This document shows, piece by piece, positions 22,095 through 24,000 of a stretch of 24,000 bases of DNA. This DNA comes from Candidatus Dojkabacteria bacterium. GTDB lineage: Bacteria; Patescibacteriota; Dojkabacteria; B142; WJKM01. The notes under the pieces were generated by a model. That model was not told the origin of the DNA. It ran no database searches and saw nothing but the letters and a program-made list of their open reading frames with translations. How positions within the stretch are numbered: position 1 is the first letter of the stretch; every line of letters begins with the position of its first letter. A program made the position numbers and the translations under genes. Location: assembly GCA_020429465.1 (NCBI GenBank), contig JAGQLH010000001.1, positions 1 through 24,000 on the forward strand. The letters are read 5' to 3'.

Positions 22095-24000
22095 ATGAAT
22101 ATTCGCAAAATTGCTTTTGGGGTTTTAGGATCATTAGTCTTTGCTCTATTGTTATTCTTTGTGATTTCGTACTTCACTGGACGGTCTGTTTCTGTTTCTA
22201 ATGTAAAACTAACAAACGTAACATCCAATGGAGCTACAGTGGTATGGACTACTGATAAACCAGTAAAGGGGTCTGTAGTAGTAAATGATCAAGAATACTA
22301 TGATGATAGGAATATAGAAGAAACTGATGTAGGGGAATATCGCTATATGTTGGAAAAAGCTGTAGATCGTTATACTCATTCAGTTACGATTAGAAATCTC
22401 TCACCAGAAGCTTCGTATGATTTTTCTATAAAGGTTAATGGAGTTGAGAAAGGGGTTAATGGTAGTACGTTCTCTACTCTTCCTGTAGTTGAAGCAATTA
22501 GCTCCCCAGAGCCAGTATATGGTCAAATTTTTATGGACGATGGGTCGAGAGTTAATGATGGTGTTGTTGTATTTCAAAAATCGGGAATTAATGGAGAGGT
22601 ATCTCAGTATAGGTCTTCAGTCGTGGCAGATGGAACGTATTCACTTGATATTCAGAATCTATACAATGTAGAGAGAACGGAATTGTTCTCAGAAATGGCG
22701 AGTGATATTGAAATCTTTGACTATTTTGTGAGGGGAGAAAAAGGAATTCTTGAAGCAAGTCAAACGGTAGGGGTAGATGGAGACCAGCCTGTAGCTGATA
22801 TGTATGTAGATTCTGTAGTTATGACAGCAATGGATAGTTCAATACAATCATCAGTAAATGCACAAGGGTTTAGTGATATTTTAATGGAGGATGGTACTAA
22901 TCCAGAGGACTTTGAAGTAGAAGAACCAATTGTGAGTCCTAAAATTCCGTATGAAGAACCTGATACTACAACTAAAAAAGATGATTCTAAACCAGTCACA
23001 GATAATAAAGAGACTTTACCTAGTGAATCTACTGATAGTAAAAAGGACCAAGCTGTTGCAACGGTAGATGAGGGAGATAAAAATACGGGAGTTACGAAAA
23101 AAACAGGAGAGGAGGAAGGTGGTACAACAAAAAAGGCAACTGTAGTACAGGAAGAGGATAAAGATGATGAGTTGACTGGTAAGCAAGTAGCTCAAGATGA
23201 AGCATGTGCACATGGGTCTAGTGGTCTTTGCTGTGTTAATGAAGCATATTCTCCAATAGATGATCCAAATACAATTTCTGTTGAAACTATACAAAGTTTT
23301 TGTGCAGCTAGCTGTAGTTTTGCTCAAGCAGGTCAGGATGCTTTAGACCACATAAATAGTATTTGTGAGTCTGTAACAGGTTGTATTGAAGGTACTGGTG
23401 AAGGAACAGGTCTTTGCTGTATGACTAATAGTAATACAGCGAAGGACCCAATAGGCTTTTGTAATGGTGGATGTCAGAGTAAAGTACCTTCTGTCTTACA
23501 AACTCCTGCACAAGAAATTTGTAATCGCCTAACTTTTATTGATAACTCTGGGGCATGTATATTAAGTCAACATACAGGAAAACCAGTTGCAGATAATGAT
23601 GGTGATGGTCTCTTTGAATCTGATAATACATCTAATTTCTGTAATTCATGTAATAATTTTGATGAAATTGATAATCTTGCTCAATTAAAAGAGGAATTTT
23701 GTTCAAAAAAAGATTCAAGTATCAGCAAAGATACATCAACCTCTAAACTCCCTTCTGGCGATACTTCGGGGGTTGCGGTGAAGAAAGGGGCGGATGTTGG
23801 TTTTGGTCTTTCTAATTTACCATCTTTAAATATTAGTTCCCTAGATAATGGCGCATGTGCCAGCTCTAGTTCAAATGCATCATTGATTTCAGTTGTTAGT
23901 GGAGTATCCTCTGGACAGTACCCCTCAGGAGTACCAACCGGTGTTCTTGATCAAGTTTGTACTCATAATACAGCTAAAAATTGTTTTCCTATTCCGACAG
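22095..24000 (+). CDS. Large secreted or anchored protein, 3' end outside the window: FN3-like domain, carboxypeptidase-regulatory-like beta domain, charged linker, Cys-rich repeats
   Basis: Not in the ORF track because it has no in-window stop. I translated ATG 22095 as open to the window end (635 codons). MNIRKIAFGVLGSLVFALLLFFVISYF is a TM or signal segment. VKLTNVTSNGATVVWTTDKPVKG...YTHSVTIRNLSPEASYDFSI looks FN3/PAP-N-like. VYGQIFMDDGSRVNDGVVVF...ADGTYSLDIQNL looks CarbopepD_reg-like. K/E/T-rich linker and repeats with GLCC...FCxxxC...IC follow. Confidence 0.8.
   Translation, partial: MNIRKIAFGVLGSLVFALLLFFVISYFTGRSVSVSNVKLTNVTSNGATVVWTTDKPVKGSVVVNDQEYYDDRNIEETDVGEYRYMLEKAVDRYTHSVTIRNLSPEASYDFSIKVNGVEKGVNGSTFSTLPVVEAISSPEPVYGQIFMDDGSRVNDGVVVFQKSGINGEVSQYRSSVVADGTYSLDIQNLYNVERTELFSEMASDIEIFDYFVRGEKGILEASQTVGVDGDQPVADMYVDSVVMTAMDSSIQSSVNAQGFSDILMEDGTNPEDFEVEEPIVSPKIPYEEPDTTTKKDDSKPVTDNKETLPSESTDSKKDQAVATVDEGDKNTGVTKKTGEEEGGTTKKATVVQEEDKDDELTGKQVAQDEACAHGSSGLCCVNEAYSPIDDPNTISVETIQSFCAASCSFAQAGQDALDHINSICESVTGCIEGTGEGTGLCCMTNSNTAKDPIGFCNGGCQSKVPSVLQTPAQEICNRLTFIDNSGACILSQHTGKPVADNDGDGLFESDNTSNFCNSCNNFDEIDNLAQLKEEFCSKKDSSISKDTSTSKLPSGDTSGVAVKKGADVGFGLSNLPSLNISSLDNGACASSSSNASLISVVSGVSSGQYPSGVPTGVLDQVCTHNTAKNCFPIPT

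Noticed and set aside
22760-23327. Two minus-strand ORFs (79 aa and 103 aa) and a plus-strand 60-aa ORF (22489-22671)
   Set aside because: They lie inside the long plus-strand ORF 22095..24000. That ORF has coherent domain-like sequence but is missing from the track only because it lacks an in-window stop.
1-24000. Alternative genetic code (UGA recoding as in some CPR lineages), CRISPR arrays, transposases, integrases or prophage content
   Set aside because: Long genes such as uvrA (1014 aa), the LTD protein and asnS are intact under the standard code with UGA as stop. I saw no regularly spaced repeats and no recombinase- or transposase-like ORFs. The window looks like core chromosome rather than an accessory island.

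Overview
AT-rich, densely packed bacterial chromosome segment. By inference it comes from a small-genome, Patescibacteria/CPR-like lineage: no start codon I inspected has a Shine-Dalgarno sequence, convergent genes abut or overlap, and ribosomal proteins carry Lys-rich tails. Content is mostly housekeeping: partial IMPase-family gene, DUF1461-like membrane protein, ruvC, uvrA, asnS, tRNA-Asn(GTT), an acylphosphatase-UppS fusion, pth, rpmA, rplU, a SEDS protein (FtsW/RodA), nth, truB, an ftsE-ftsX-(coiled-coil M23 peptidase) operon, plus several secreted or anchored hypothetical proteins. One of these is a large ORF missing from the ORF track because it runs off the window end (22095..24000). 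No CRISPR array, transposase, integrase or rRNA was seen. The most interesting signal is non-coding. On the minus strand at 8046..7898 a consensus -10 promoter sits exactly 6 nt upstream of an 18-codon ORF (MRKQINNNNNSNLNITQL, 7 Asn codons, 5 consecutive). It is followed by three mutually exclusive helices arranged as anti-antiterminator, antiterminator and terminator with a U-tract. This lies directly upstream of tRNA-Asn and asparaginyl-tRNA synthetase on the same strand. That is the layout of a trp/his/pheM-type ribosome-mediated attenuator, here apparently sensing Asn-tRNA(Asn). Secondary observations: the tRNA sits in a perfect 18-bp leader/trailer helix, and a near-copy of its 3' strand lies in the tRNA-asnS spacer. 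The M23 peptidase downstream of ftsEX appears circularly permuted and Cys-rich. FtsE has a 168-aa extension ending in an HhH-like module. The AcyP-UppS fusion has substitutions at canonical catalytic positions. Nth lacks the 4-Cys cluster motif. There is also an LTD+OB surface protein and a Cys-repeat secreted protein. All homology calls are by-eye motif recognition and need database confirmation.
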